A stretch of 64,000 bases of DNA from Prorocentrum cordatum (GCA_963575745.1 CAUYUJ010000003.1:1302001-1366000); one strand, 5' to 3'; counted from the first letter of the stretch, positions 25,831 to 39,540 are shown. Notes: generated by a model from the letters alone, not told the origin. Translations and numbers: made by a program.

Positions 25831-28800
25831 ACCAGCGGGGCCGCAGCCCAGCGCACAGCCTGGCCAGGAGGCCAAGGCGACGCGAGCGAGGTGCCCACAG
25901 GGCCCGCGCTGGCGAGGGCCCGCGCGCGAAAAAGACGAGCCACCGGCAAAGCGACGAGGGGGCAGGCAGGCAAGCACGCAGCCACCAGGCACGAGGGCAA
26001 AAGCAGCACGCCACCCGCCAACAAGCCCCGCGACGAGCAGACGGACGAACGCGCGCGCCGACGAGCAGCAGACGGCGGCAAGGGGGATGGCAAAGGGGCG
26101 CGCAGGGGCAACGGCGAAGGGAACCGCGAAGCAACGCGGCGCCGAGCGAGCGAGCGAGAGCGCCGACCAGCACAATCCAGGACGACCCCACGCGAGTAAC
26201 AGCGACAACCGAACGCGAGGGCGACGACGACGACGACGGCGGACGGGAAACAGAACGCAGCGACGAACGAGCACGCGACCGCGCAGGCCAGCGAACAACA
26301 AAGGCAGCCGCGACACACGAGCAGGCCACGAGGGGCGACGAGCACAAGCGATCAGCGGGGGGGCAACATGCGACGAGGGACGAGCACAGAGGGCAGGCAG
26401 GCAGGAGAAAGCGGGAGGAAGAAGAGGGGGGATAGAGAGAGAGAGAGGAACAAAAACAAAAAAACTGCGAACGACGGCGGCGCGCGCGCGGCGCGCCCCG
26501 CGCTCAAATCGCGAGCGCAGGGCAAGGCCCAGGCCCTTCCTGCAGCCAACCCGCGCTCAATTCAGGAGCGCAGGGCCGATGGGGGGAGAGGCACCTGCGC
26601 AAGCGGGAGGGCGGCCCGCCGAAGGAGCGGCGGCAACGCGCGCCAGCCGGGCGGAGGGTCTAAGGAAGGTCCGGTTCGTTAAGACGATCAGTTTCAGAAC
26701 CTGCTCATTTGTAGAAGACTGATCGTCTTAACGAACCGCCCGTTAGAGCCGACTCGGCGACTCTTCTGTCACGACGAAACACAAGTTGGGGCCAAGTTGA
26801 CGTTTAGATCGGCGTGACGATCCCAATGTTGGGGCCGAGTTGACGGCCCCCCGTGGATCCCCGTGGGCACTTTTGCAGACGAGCTCCGTATCAGCCTTTT
26901 CAGCCGTGCTCAACTCCAAACCAGGGATAGCTGTTGTCACTCGAGTAGGGGGTCGGCTACAGAATTGATGAACCCCCAAACTGACTTGTCCGTCGATCCA
27001 CGAACTTGTTCCCTGGATATACGGCGCCTTCTGTGCATCTCTCGTAAATCCGACGAAACAAATCAATGTTAGGGCGAATCGTTTATTCAGTCGATCTCCT
27101 ACTCGAGTCGATATGAGTTGCAGGTTTGTGAACCAACCGCGCCATGCACTGCTGGGGGGGTATCCTGCGGGCCCGCACCAAAAGCCACTCCGGCGAAGGC
27201 TCACCCTTGAGCGTAGCCGATACTCGAGAGACATGTTTCTTCATTCCCGGGTAACGATCGTTACCCAGAGGTGGTGGATTCTGGCGGGAGGGTAATGGTA
27301 ACGGCGGCCGCGGCGTGCACCCGCCAGGGTGCGTCCGCGCCACCAGCACAATGCCTGCCAGCATGTAGGGGGGGTCCAGGCCACACACCCCAATACGATC
27401 GCTAGCGTTACCCAGGGAGGGGGGGGGTTGGGCCCGGGCGTTACTCTGGGGAGGAACAACAACAAAACGCTCGCTCCGATCGTCCAAGCCTTCGACAATG
27501 CTCCCCGACGAATGCATTTCGTGCCCGAGCCCGAACCAAGGGCACCACATGCGTACCCCCGGGGTCCTGTCGCCCACACGTCTTCGACAAGGCTCTGCGC
27601 GGAATGCCCGCCCCTGGGAAAAGGCGGAGGTACATGGGGGGCGATGAATGTAGAGAGCTGAATATCCACTCCCTCCCATCATCAGCGCCCGAACGAGCGA
27701 AGCCGTTTAGTTAACGCGCCCAAGGAAGGAATCGGACACAGCTGGGCTGTCTATATAGCAAACGCCCATGGCCGTTTAGTAGACGCCAATTGTCGGGGTC
27801 GGGGTGGATTTTCAATGGAGGCGGCAGCGAGGGCTGCGGAAAAGGGCCCCTCTGGGGCCCCTCAAGGGGCCCTTTTTCTGAACCCAAAGGAAGCCTTCGG
27901 GGCCCGAAAAGGGCACCTCCGCTCCCCCCCACTCATCGCCCCCCAGTAACTCGCGCCCAACTGGGCCATCCAGGCAACTCTTTGGCACATGCCGCGACGC
28001 GCCCAGCGCGGAATGTTCGCGCTCGCGCCCGCGCGGGTGGCCCGAAGACAACGCGTTCGGAAGCGACGCCCGCAGCCACAAGCGGCGAGCATATCCGTCT
28101 CCGCGCCCTTGCGGCCTGGACTCCAGAGGCGCAGATACGCGGTCGCACGGACGCGTTCCGCGCGGGGCATCCGCGCACAAAAGGCCCCGCATCCGCGAGC
28201 CAGTGATTTGCCGACAAGGGTCAATCCAGACCCGGGCTTTTCTGGCTTTGCAGGATCCTGCAAGATCCTACAAGACCCTGCAGGATCCTGCACCCAAGCC
28301 TGGGCCAGTGCGACCCTGCCCTGCAGGATCATGCCAGAGCCAGCGTTCTGACTGACCCTCGTGTGCATGGACCCCCGTCTCTTGAGCCCCGAGCGATGCC
28401 GCGGCCCAGGGGCCCAGCCCGCGAGGCCGCGGATACAGGTGCGTGCTTCGCCGACGGGGAGCGCCGCGCGCTGGCGCGGCGGCGCGGCGGCGGCGGCGCA
28501 GGGCGGGGCGGCGGTCCGACGCCGAGTCTCCCCGGTCGCCCTCGCGGCGCCAGGTCCTCGGGGCCCACCCCGCCAGGGTTGGCCCACCGCATTCCTGCTT
28601 CGTCGCCGCCCCCCCCCCGGCCCGCAGAAAGGAATCGAGGAAGGGGGGGATGGACGGAGGGAGCGAGGGGGAGGCGGAGAGGGGGAGATTCACAAGCTAG
28701 GTGCGCTCGCGTCATATCTGACGTCCTGCCCCTCCCTCCCATCCCTTACCATGGCGCTGATTTTCTCTATCCGCGGACGCGTGTCGTAGCGGACCTGTGG

Positions 28801-28859
28801 CTCCGCGCGCGCGTGCGTAGTGGGTGGTGGTGCACGTGCGTGCGTGCGTGCGTGTGTGC

Positions 28860-29155
28860 GTGGTTGTCGTGGTGGTGGTGGTGGTGGTGGTGGTGGTGGT
28901 AGTGGTGGTGGTGGTGGTGGTGATGGTGGTGGTGGTGGTGCTGGTGGTGGTGGTGGTGGTGCTGGTGGTGGTGGTGTTGGTACTGGTGCTGGTGCTGGTG
29001 GTGGTTGTGGTGGTGGTGGTGGTGGTGGTGGTGGTGGTGGTGGTGATGGTGGTGGTGGTGGTGGGCTGGTGGTGGTGGTGGTGCTGGTGTGTGGTGGTGG
29101 TGGTGGTGGTGGTGGTGGTGGTGGTGGTGGTGGCGGTGCGGCGCGGTGGTGGCGG
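28860..29155. repeat. (GGT)n microsatellite
   Basis: Directly visible. Confidence 0.97.
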
Positions 29156-29649
29156 GCGGATGGGCGCGCGAGAAAAAGGCCCGCGCTGGGGCGAGAACGC
29201 CATCCTGAACGACGGAGGCCAAGCACCGATCCGAAAATGAGGCCCACGCTGCAGCGGGAGCACGATTCGGAACGAGTCGGGAGCAGAAATGAGGCCGGCG
29301 CCTCAACGAGAGCAGCACTTTGGGAAAAAATGACGCCAACGCCTCAGCGAGAGTCGTTTCCCGGGATTTCTCGGGAATCCTGTGTAAAAAAACAGTACGC
29401 GGAGGGTGCGCGGCCATCACCCGGACGCCATCAGGGGAAGAGGGAGAGTATTTTCATATTGAGTAATTGTGAAATCATGAGAAGAAGAAATTGACAACCC
29501 GCAGTTGCGGATAAGAGTGAGGGGGCGGCGACGACGTCGTCAGTCTGCGAGGCTCCGAAAAAGCCCGTCGCAGGCGCCTAACTTTTACATACTATGCAAT
29601 GAACGAGCCCGCCGCAGGCTCCTAACTGTTCTCGTTCGAGCAATGTGGG

Positions 29650-29930
29650 TGTGTGGGTGGATCGCGGGGTGGGTCCAGGGTTGGGTCGCGGGCTGGGTCG
29701 CGAGGTGGGTCGCCGGGTGGGTCGCAAGGTGATTCGCGGGGTGGGTCACGGGGTGGGTCGCGGAGTGGGTCGAGGGGTGGGTCGCGTGTGGGTCGCGGGC
29801 GGGTCACGGGGTGGGTCGCGGGTGGGTCGCGGGCTTTGTCGCGGGGTAAGTCGCGGGGTAGGTCGCGGGGTGGGTCGCGGGGTGGGTCGCGGGGTGGGTC
29901 GCGGCCTGGTCGCGGGCGGGTCGCAGGGGA
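29650..29930. repeat. 12-bp minisatellite (GGGTCGCGGGGT)n
   Basis: Directly visible. Confidence 0.93.
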
Positions 29931-30199
<269 letters not shown>

Positions 30200-30957
30200 G
30201 CACGACTGGGGACACTCCGTTCTCACCAGTGCCAGGGTTTTCATAGGAGGCGGGCAATACCCCCACTTTGTGGGGGGGCCGGTTCAAGCTCTACCAAATT
30301 TCCAAACGACTCTTCGCCACCACCCACACCCAGCTTCCCGCCCTATGACGTTCGGACACTTCACTTCGTGGCATGCGGACGACCGTGGCTACTATTCAGG
30401 GCCCCGCGGCCGACGACGACGGCGTGCGCGCGCGAAGAAAAAACGAATGTGTCCCGCATGGTATTATTTGACAGGGATGATGGCCCTGGCAGGTGCGCAA
30501 CCGTTGTTGCAGAAGTTCGAAAAAGTTGCTCGCAAAAGCCCGTTTGACAGAAATGTTTAAAAAGTGTTGGGTTTCCTACGAATCCGCAAGAGCGCGCGGG
30601 ATGAAATTTCGACAATTTTTTTTTTGAAAAACCATTGGTTTTTTGATGTTTTTATGTTAAAATCGCTACGAAAACTAAGGTTTTGGAAGGATTTCGTCTT
30701 GCGCGCGCGAATGTCCACTTTACCTTATTTTTTGCAAGGGATTCTTGAAATTTGATTATATTAGAACAAGAAATGTCATTTTATAGTGTTTTTTGCAAGG
30801 GAAAACGGATTACAACAAAACAACCGGATCTGGATCACATCGTTTTACCTGAAGCTTCCTCACGAAAATGATGAAAATGCAGCTGCGGCCTAGGCGGCGC
30901 AGGGGGGGCGCGCACCAGGGGGCCCAACAATAATTATTCTTTAGATAAATAATGTTC

Positions 30958-31106
<149 letters not shown>

Positions 31107-31459
31107 TGACTTTAAGACTGTTCGCGTCTCTCTGCTCGGGTGTCCAATAACGCGTATTTCCCAAACCCTCGATACCCGCCCCCTTCGTCTTCGATCGAAC
31201 CCCTTTTGGGGGGTATACCTTTCTTCCCTGCAGGCCAGGCCCCGGCAAGTGGCGGGGCGGCTGCGGACCGTCGGCCTGGCCAGCGGCAGCGCTGATCGGT
31301 GGGGCGGCCGCGGACCGTCGACCCGACCCCAAGAGGACGGACAGGGGACCGACCACGACGACGACCACGACGACGACGACGTCGACGACGACGGCGACGG
31401 CGACGACGACGACGGCGACGACGACGAGCGAAAGCGAGAGCGAGAGAGAACGACAGCAG

Positions 31460-32210
31460 GGCCACAAGGACACGAAGTAGGCCACGAAGGGCGACAGCGG
31501 GGACACGAAGGGAATGCGCATGGGGCCACGAAGAGCGCGAACGAGCGGGGGCCAAGAAGGGCAGATAATGCGGGGCCACCGAAGGCAACGATGGGGCCAC
31601 TGAGGGTAGCAACTGGGCCACGTAGGACAGTGAGGGGGCCACAAACGGCGACAACGGGGCCACGAAGGGCATCCATCCGGGGCCACCACGGGCACGAACA
31701 AGCGGGGGCCACGAAGGGCATACGTATACTGGGCCGCGGAGGGCAAGGACGGGGCCACCGAGGGCAGCAACGGGGTCACGAAAGGCAGCGGGGCCACGAA
31801 GGGCGACAGCGGGGTCACGAAGGGCATGCATATGGGGCCACCAAGGGCGCGAACAAGCGGGGGCCACGAAGGGCATACGTATACTTGGCCGCGGAGGGCA
31901 ACGATGGGGCCACGAAGGGATGCAACGGGGCCACGAAGGGCAGCGAGGGGGCCACGAAAGGCTGCAACGGGGCCACGAAGGGCTGCAACGGGGCCACGAA
32001 GGGCAGCGAGGGGGCCACGAAGGGCTGCAACGGGGCCGCGAACCAAAGCGAGGGGGCCACGAAGGGCTGCAACGGGGCCACGAAGGGCAGCGAGGAGGCC
32101 ACGAGGGGCTGCAACGGGGCCACGAAGGGCAGCGAAGGGGCCACGAAGGGCTGCAACGAACAAATCGAGGGGGCCACGAAGGGCTGCAACGGGGCCACGA
32201 AGGGCAGCGA
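31460..32210. repeat. 21-bp minisatellite (GGGGCCACGAAGGG core) with alternating variants
   Basis: ggggccacgaagggctgcaac alternates with ggggccacgaagggcagcgag. Confidence 0.93.
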
Positions 32211-32389
32211 GATCCCGATTCCTAGGTAATCTGTAAAGCGTGAGCGCGACTCCTGGGTGCCTGGGTGTCGGGAGCGCGGAACTTGAGTACATTGCAGGAA
32301 ATTCCAACGCAAGGGCGCTATTCTTCAGTAAATTGCCAACAAATATCCAGCGAGAGCGCGACTCCATAGCGCTGGGAGAGCGATTCCTG

Positions 32390-32975
32390 AATCCGCCGAC
32401 CCTGTCGGCGTGTGCAAGGGGCTTGGCTGTTCGAGTCGTCGTCTCCGTTGGTCGTCGCCTCCGTCGTCCCCTTTCCCTGCAGCTTCCTTCTCAAGCTCGT
32501 GAGCGAGAGAAAAATCTAGCAGTGTCGTAATCGAGTCGAAGGGAAGCCTCTTCCCTTCGATCCCTTCCCCAGGGGGGGGGGTCCCGGGGAGGGTGGGGGG
32601 GGGGTCCCGGGGGGGGGTCCCGGGGTGGGTCCCCTCGGGCGGCCTAGAAACCTCGAAAACACTCAAAATGAGGTCCGAATGCCCAAGATGGCCCCCGAGA
32701 CGGCCCAAGAGGGCCCCGAGTCGCCGAAAGATCGGCCGAAAACGCCCACGATAGCCCCAAGACCGTCCAAGAAGCCTCCAAGACGTCCCAGGCCCCCTCC
32801 AAGAGACCCCCAGGAAGCCCCAAGAGGCCCCCACGAGGCTTCCAAGCGGCCCCTCAGAGCTTCCCAAGAGGCCCACAAACTACCCCCAAGAGGCCCCCAA
32901 GAGCGCTCGTCGTCGTCGTCGTCGTCGTCGCCATTCAGGGTCGGCGGCACCGGCCGTAAGGCCTTCGCAATAAAT
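32390..32975 (+). mobile_element. Non-autonomous Helentron/HINE(DINE)-like element
   Basis: 12-bp inverted repeats CCGCCGACCCTG (32393-32404) and CAGGGTCGGCGG (32936-32947), a 5' local hairpin cgccgac-cct-gtcggcg, and a 3' stem-loop GGCCgtaaGGCC (32952-32963) beyond the second IR. Confidence 0.6.
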
Positions 32976-33204
32976 TGTAAGGGGGTCCCAAGCGAGAGCG
33001 CGATTCCTCCATAAAATGCGAGGACGTCTCGGTCGGGAGCGGGGGTCCTGGCCAAATTGTGAGGAGGTCTAAGGCGGGAGCCGTTGTTGTTGTAACTCGG
33101 GGGCCAAGGGCCCAGTTTGAGCCTCAAGACTCTCCCTGTTAAAAAGAACAAGGTGCGAGCGTCGAGGGGCACACTTTGACTGAAAAAACATGTGCGCCGG
33201 TGGG

Positions 33205-34366
33205 GGGGATCAACAATAATTCTTCTTCAAAAATGAAAAATCAACCACAACACCAACAACAACCATTTGACCCTCATGTGCGATGTTTCCACACGAAGCA
33301 TGCGACCACCATGCTAACCATCCACATCATGGGGGACTATTGTTCTATAGCGGGGTCCGTTATTCCCATTCCCAGATCTCCCGCCCCATGAAGTCTGGCA
33401 AACCCCTCCTCCGAGGATGTTCAACATTTCCCGCCCCGAAAACACATGCCCGCGCCTTGCTGCGCAGATGCGAGACCGCCAATGGAACCCCAGCGAGGGG
33501 TAAAGCACAAGGAAGTATCGAACGACAGGGACAAGATTGCCTTGGTGGGGATGGGAGCTGTTGGCGGTGAGGCAAGGACCTGACCCTGAATACAAAGGGA
33601 GGAGGTCTCGAGCAGGGCTGCTGTTGTTGCTGGGAGCGGCGCCAATGCTGAAGAGAGTAGGGCGCTAGTCCAGCGTAAAACAAAACGAAGTCTCGAGCTG
33701 GAGCGCTGGTTTTGTCGGGGCGGCGGCTTTCGGCGGCGAGGAGGAACACCGCCTTGAATAAGAAGGGAGGAAACATCGAGCGGGAGCCGTGGTTTTGTCA
33801 GGACGGGGGCTGTCGGCGGCGAGGAACAACACCGCCTTCAGGAAAAAGGGAGGAAGCCTCGAGCGGGAGCGTTATTCTTGCTGGGAGCAGCGCCAATTCA
33901 AAAGAGAGTAAGGCACCAGTCCAGCGTAAAATGGAAGGAAGTTTCGGGCGTTGTTTTTGCTGGTGGAGGACGTCTCGAGCTGGAGCGCTGGTTTTGTCAG
34001 GACGGCGGCTGTCGGCGGCGAACGAGAACACCAGCCCTGAGTAAAAAAGGAAGAAGTCTCGAGCGGGAGCGTTGTTTTTGCTGGAGGTGGCGCCGATGAG
34101 AGAAAGACTAGCGCGCCAGTCCAAGGTAAAACGGGAGGATGTCTCGAGCGGGAGCGCTGGTTTCGTCAGGACGGCGGCTTTCGGCGGCGAGCAAGAACAC
34201 CAGCCCTGAGTAAAAAAGGAAGACGTCTTGATCGGGAACGTTGTTGTTGTCGGGTGACCGGTCTTGGCGGTCCACTAAACAGTTCGGGCGTGAGCTTCAT
34301 TTTCAATGAAAATTTAGCCGGCGCCTCGGCGAGAGCGCCAGGGCGCCTATAAATAACAACAACCAC

Positions 34367-34434
<68 letters not shown>

Positions 34435-35910
34435 GCAACAACAACAACAACACCAACAATAACAACAACAGCAGCAACAACAACAACAACAACCATGTGA
34501 TCATCGTGCGCGACGTTTCCACACGAAGCATGCGACCACCATGCTAATCATCCACATCATGGGGGCTATGATTCTATAGCGGTGTCCGTTATTTCCATTC
34601 CCAGATCTCCCACCCAGTAAGGTCTTTAAAACACCTCCTCCGAGGAAAAAAAATCTCGAGCGGGAGCGGTGTTCTTGCTGGGAGCGGCGCCAATTCAAAA
34701 GAGAGTAGGGCGCCAGTCCAGCGTAAAATGGAACGAAGTCTCGGGCGGGAGCGCTGGTTTTGTCGGGGAGGCGGTTTTCGGCGGCGAGAAGGAACACCGC
34801 CCTGAATCAGAAGGGAAGAAACATCGAGCGGGAGCCGTGGTTTTGTCGGGACGGGGGCTGTCGGCGGCGAGGAGCAGCACCGTCCCGAGGAAAAAGAAAG
34901 GAAGCCTCGAGCGGGAGCGTTGTTCTTAGTGGGAGCGGCGCCAATTCAAAAGAGAGTAGGGCGCCAGTCCAGCGTAAAATGGAAGCAAGTCTCGGGCGGG
35001 AGCGCTGGTTTTGTCGTGGCGGCGGCTGTCGGCGGCGAACGAGAACACCAGCCCTGAGTAAAAAAGGAAGAAGTCTCGAGCGGGAGCGTTGTTTTTGCTG
35101 GGGGTGGCGCCGATGAGAGAAAGACTAGCGCGCCAGTCCAAGGTAAAACGGGAGGACGTCTCGAGCGGGAGCGCTGGTTTCGTTAGGACGGCGGCTTTCG
35201 GCGGCGAGCAAGAACACCAGCCCTGAGTAAAAAAGGAAGACGTCTCGATCGGGAGCGTTGTTGTTGTCGGGGGACCGGTCTTGGCGGCCCACCAAACCGT
35301 TCAGGCGTGAGCCTCATTTTCAATGAACATTTAGCCGGCGCCTCGGCGAGAGCGCCAGGGCACCTATAAGGGGTCCAACTATAATAACTGTTTAGTAATT
35401 AACATTCCGCAGCAACAATAACAACAACAAACACAACAACAACAATTGTATCATCATGCGCGACGTTTCCACACGAAGCATGCGACCACCATGCTAATCA
35501 TCCACATCATGGGGGACTCTTGTTTTATAGCGGTGTCCGTTATTCCCATTTCCAGATCTCCCGCCCAATGAAGTCTTGCAAACACCTCCTCCGAGGAAAA
35601 ACAAAAGAAGGAAATCTCGAGCGGGAGCGGCGTTCTTGCTGGGAGCGGCGCCAATTCAAAAGAGAGTAGGGCGCCAGTCCAGCGTAAAATGGAAGGAAGT
35701 CTCGGGCGGGAGCGCTGGTTTTGTCGTGGCGGCGGTTGTCGGCGGCGAAGAACACCGCCCTGAGTAAGAAGGGAGGAAGCGGGAGCCGTGATGTTGCTGG
35801 GACGGGGGCTGTCGGCGGCGAGGAAAAACACCGTCCCGAGGAAAAAGGGAGGAAGCCTCGAGCGGGAGCGTTGTTCTTGAGCGGGAGCGGTCCAACAATA
35901 ATAATTGAAT
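33205..35910. repeat. Three tandem ~1.0-1.2 kb units with internal ~60-bp TCTCGAGCGGGAGCG subrepeats
   Basis: gtttccacacgaagcatgcgaccaccatgcta.. occurs at ~33284, ~34514 and ~35465, each preceded by CAA tracts. The third unit is truncated. Confidence 0.92.
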
Positions 35911-36860
35911 AACTAACACTCATCAAACACTACGACGCATCAAGCATAATCCTCACGACGGATCCCCACTTCAGTCACGCACCCAGGGATAATGAATGAC
36001 CGCTGGGCCCCCTCCCTCTGACTAGAACCATCGCGCGCTTGGCGCCTGCTCAAGTTTCACCTGCCCTGGGGCCACGTGGATAGTGCGTCAGAGGAGCCGT
36101 GTCAGGATGATCGGGTCCTTGGCTTGAGAGCCCATTCGTTGGCGTCTGAGGTCGCATTGACGTTTGGTATTTCGCGTCAGTCCTGGACAATCCTTGAGCA
36201 ATAGTGCAGCTCTCTTCGGGGCCACTGAGGCTTCCGAGGCCATCTTGGAGCCACAGTGTCGAAAGCCCGTCGGGGCCCTTGTTTACTTTTTTCCTTCGGA
36301 GAAGGGGTGCCCCCCCCCATCCCCCCCCCCTCTGTTGTTTGATTTGTTTCGCCCCAGGTGCCCCCCGGAGGGCCTCCTATGCTCCGAGGTGGCCTGCAAG
36401 ATGGTCTCCAAAGCGGCTCAAACGAGGATGGCTCAAGATAGCATCTGGCATGCCTCCAAGAAGCCCGACGAGGACCACAAGACGGATCCAAATTATGTTG
36501 GAATCACCGTCAAGACCCCCCTAGAAGGCCAACATCCGTCAAAAAACAATGGAACACCAATGGTTTCCATCTTCTCGCTTTTTCGCTGTCGATGCGCTGC
36601 GAGGCAGGAAGATGGCCCCAAGATAGCCCAAGAGAGCCCCTTGACGGGCCCCAGAGGCCCCCAAGACTGCCCAAAGAGCGCCTCAGATCGCCCCAGGAGC
36701 ACCTCAACAGGGCCCCAAGGGGCGATTTCGAGGGCCCAGAAGGGGGGAACAAACGTCAGGACCCCCTTATTTTCACCGACGCCTACCACGATTGCCCCGA
36801 AAAGCCCTCCAGGGCAGCCAAGAGGCCCCCAAAAGAGCACTATGAGAGCCCCAAGATGGC

Positions 36861-36882
36861 TCCGCAGCCGCTTTCGCTCAAG
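36861..36882 (+). other. Relict dinoflagellate spliced leader (DinoSL)
   Basis: TCCGCAGCCGCTTTCGCTCAAG matches DCCGTAGCCATTTTGGCTCAAG at 18/22 positions without gaps. Confidence 0.7.
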
Positions 36883-37065
36883 ATGCTTGCGCCTGGGGGG
36901 CTCCCGCGCCCTCGTGCCAAAGTGGGATAGCTCTGTTTCCCGAGCTCGCGATACATCTCCTTGCGGAGCCAGGTCCGCCCCTGGTGGCCACCTGCCCCCC
37001 TCAGCCCGAAGCTGGTACGCAGTCCATGTTCTCATTGTCCTGGCCTGCCGGGCCCTCCTGCTCTC

Positions 37066-37521
37066 ATGGCGAAGCGCTGGCTGTGCGCGAAGTGCGGCAA
37101 CTTCGCGCCTCGGCGCCTCTCGCTATGCATCAAGGCAGGGTGCAGAGGCAGGCAGAAATATCATATCGCTCCAGCCGCTCGAGACAGAGGTCGCATGCCC
37201 GGAGGCAAGCGGGCGCGAGGCGGATGTCTCGCTGCCGCTCCCTGGGCCCGGCGGCACGGTAGCAACGGCATCGGCAAGTCGCGGCACGGTAAGGGTGGGC
37301 CTAACGGCGAAGGGGCTGCCCCCATTACCATCACCCTCACGCCAGACAAGATCACCGCCTACGCTGCCATGGCTCCAGAAGCGTACGACGTGGTCAAGGA
37401 CGAACTCTCTAGAAGCTCTCGGGACAAGATCGAGCTGGCACGCCGAAAGCCAGCCGCTGGGGTCTTGGGTTCGGATGCGAAGCCAATCTTTATACACCAC
37501 CACCAACACCCGCAAAAATAA
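37066..37521 (+). mobile_element. Truncated LINE ORF1-like ORF with N-terminal RanBP2-type zinc finger
   Basis: MAKRWLCAKCGNFAPRRLSLCIKAGC (W-x-C-x2-C...C-x3-GC), followed by a Gly/Lys-rich stretch. Lies upstream of same-strand LINE RNase H fragments. Confidence 0.55.
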
Positions 37522-38149
37522 ATTGCCGCAAAAAGGGTTAGGGGCAGAGTCATGCCAGACGACGCTGCGATTTCACGGCGAAAAGGAGCGCGGCGCAGCT
37601 CGCAGGCGCGGTGGAATGGGGAGCTCCTGAAGCAGAAACAGCACTTCTTGGTGGTGGTGTATAAGAGTCGCTCCTCTTGCTAACCAACATTTTATACACC
37701 ACCACCGCGCGTGCTTTGATGAATCCTGTTTCGGTCCTCAAGAGAGAGGGGGGGCAGCCCGGTTGCCGTTGGCGGCGGGAGGGGGGCTGCGGGCTTTTCA
37801 CCTGAGCAAAACTGCACCAAATCGCATCGTAAATTCTTCTCGATCATGGTGGTGGTAGTCATATGCTATGCTCGGGTCGGAGGCTCGCAAGCTCCCTGCG
37901 GCAGTGGATGAGGCCTCGGTGGCGCCGGCGGTTGCGGCAGCGAAGGGGGAACGCCTTCTGGCTTCCACAAAGCCCCCGAAGGCCCCCAAGACGGTCCAAG
38001 ATGGCTCCAAGTTGTCGAACGATCAGTCCAAGACACCCCAATGTGGCCTTCAGGTGACCCAAGACGCCTTTTAAACGCCCCAAGAGGCCACCAAGAGCCC
38101 TCCCAAGAGGGCCACCACAGGCAACCGTCGTCGCGGTCAACGGCGGTCA

Positions 38150-39540
38150 GTGGACCCGCGAACGTCAGCAGCAGGCGGGGCATGATTCGGAGGTGGTGTG
38201 CCAGCGGTGTCAGTCAGAGCAAGAGACGCTGTTTCACCGAACTTGGACCTTCCCGTGCAATGCGGGCCATGCACATTCTGATGCCAACGAATGGCTGGTT
38301 GGTCGTGCTCGTGCTGGTTGGGAACAAGATCCTGCGCTGTGGTTTTGGGGTGCGTGCCCTTCCGAGCTGAAGAAGCCGATCTTCGACGAGTGTCGGGCCG
38401 ACTGGGTCGAGGCCTACGTGGAGCAACTCGACGAGTGCAGGGCCGAGCGCGACCAGGTGCTGCGCGTCTCTGGCAACGCGTCTGGCGGACCGCACTCAGA
38501 CGACCCTCGTCGGCGCCGAATCGGAGCTGCCGCGGTGGCTCTACGGCCAGATGGGGGATCGTGGACGCCAACCGCCACCATCGTCGGCGGCCTGCGGGCG
38601 CCCATGCAGACTGCACCTCGGACGGAGTTGCTCGCCCTTGTCTTGTGCCTCGAGCGGTCGACGGGAACAAATCGCTTCCACGCCGATTGTTCCTCGTTGC
38701 TTGGCGGCTGGAACGCCGGGCGCCTCGCTTCGTGCATTGGGGGCAACGGTGATCTGCGCGTGCGTGAGAGAGCCGCCCTGTCAGCTCGAGGATCGGCCCC
38801 AGCTGACGTTGAAATTGTCTGGGCCCCTCGAAGATGATGTCGAGCGCGCCGAGCGTGAAAGTCTTCAGTACGTTGCCGTGGGCAGCGTGTGCGCCGACAA
38901 GGCGGCCGGGGACGCGGCCCGCAGGGGGTCTCGACGCACCGTCGGCAGTGCACCCCGGACCGAAAAAAATTGGATGCCATCGCTGCCCTTGTGAGGCGTC
39001 GGGCGCGTTGGGCACTCACACGGACACGATGTCTCGAGATCCTTGGAATTCAGCTCGTGTCGAGCGCGCCCGCCGGCCCAGGCTCGTCTCCAGATTGCGC
39101 TCGGTCGAAGTCAGCACTCGTGGGGGAAGGTCCAGGGTCGCTGGCTATGCAAGTGCTGACGCAAACTTGTCTTGTCCGCCCAGGTCCTGGATGCCGCTGA
39201 CACTGTTTGTGCCCCCCCTCCTCCCCTGCCCCTGGGGGGAGGCTTTGCCGTTCCGAGGAGTGCTTCGGCGGCCCAGGGTCCGATCTGCGTGGGCGGCGCG
39301 CAGGCACGCAGCTCGCACGGTTTTTCAGTCCTGGCCTAAGCTTTCTCTGCTTCTTTCCGTCCCGTCCGCGGCAGGGCGGCCTCGACGGACTGCAGGCGCC
39401 TGTGCCGGCCGTGCCCGCCATCGCGCAAGGGGAAGGAGAACCCTGCGCGCAGCTCTGAAAGCTGTTTTGGCGGCCCAGAAGGTCCTCGCAGGCGGGGCGT
39501 CGGGGCCCTCGTCTGGGGCTGCAGGGGGATGGGCCTCCTC
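38150..39540 (+). mobile_element. LINE fragment: CCHC-like region plus degenerate RNase H
   Basis: CQRCQSEQETLFHRTW, GNASGG...RIGAA, QTAPRTELLAL, FHADC, GSVCADKAA. Confidence 0.85.

Noticed and set aside
26860..27234. RDAQKAPYIQG resembling a copia RT motif
   Set aside because: A single weak motif with no YVDD or other support.
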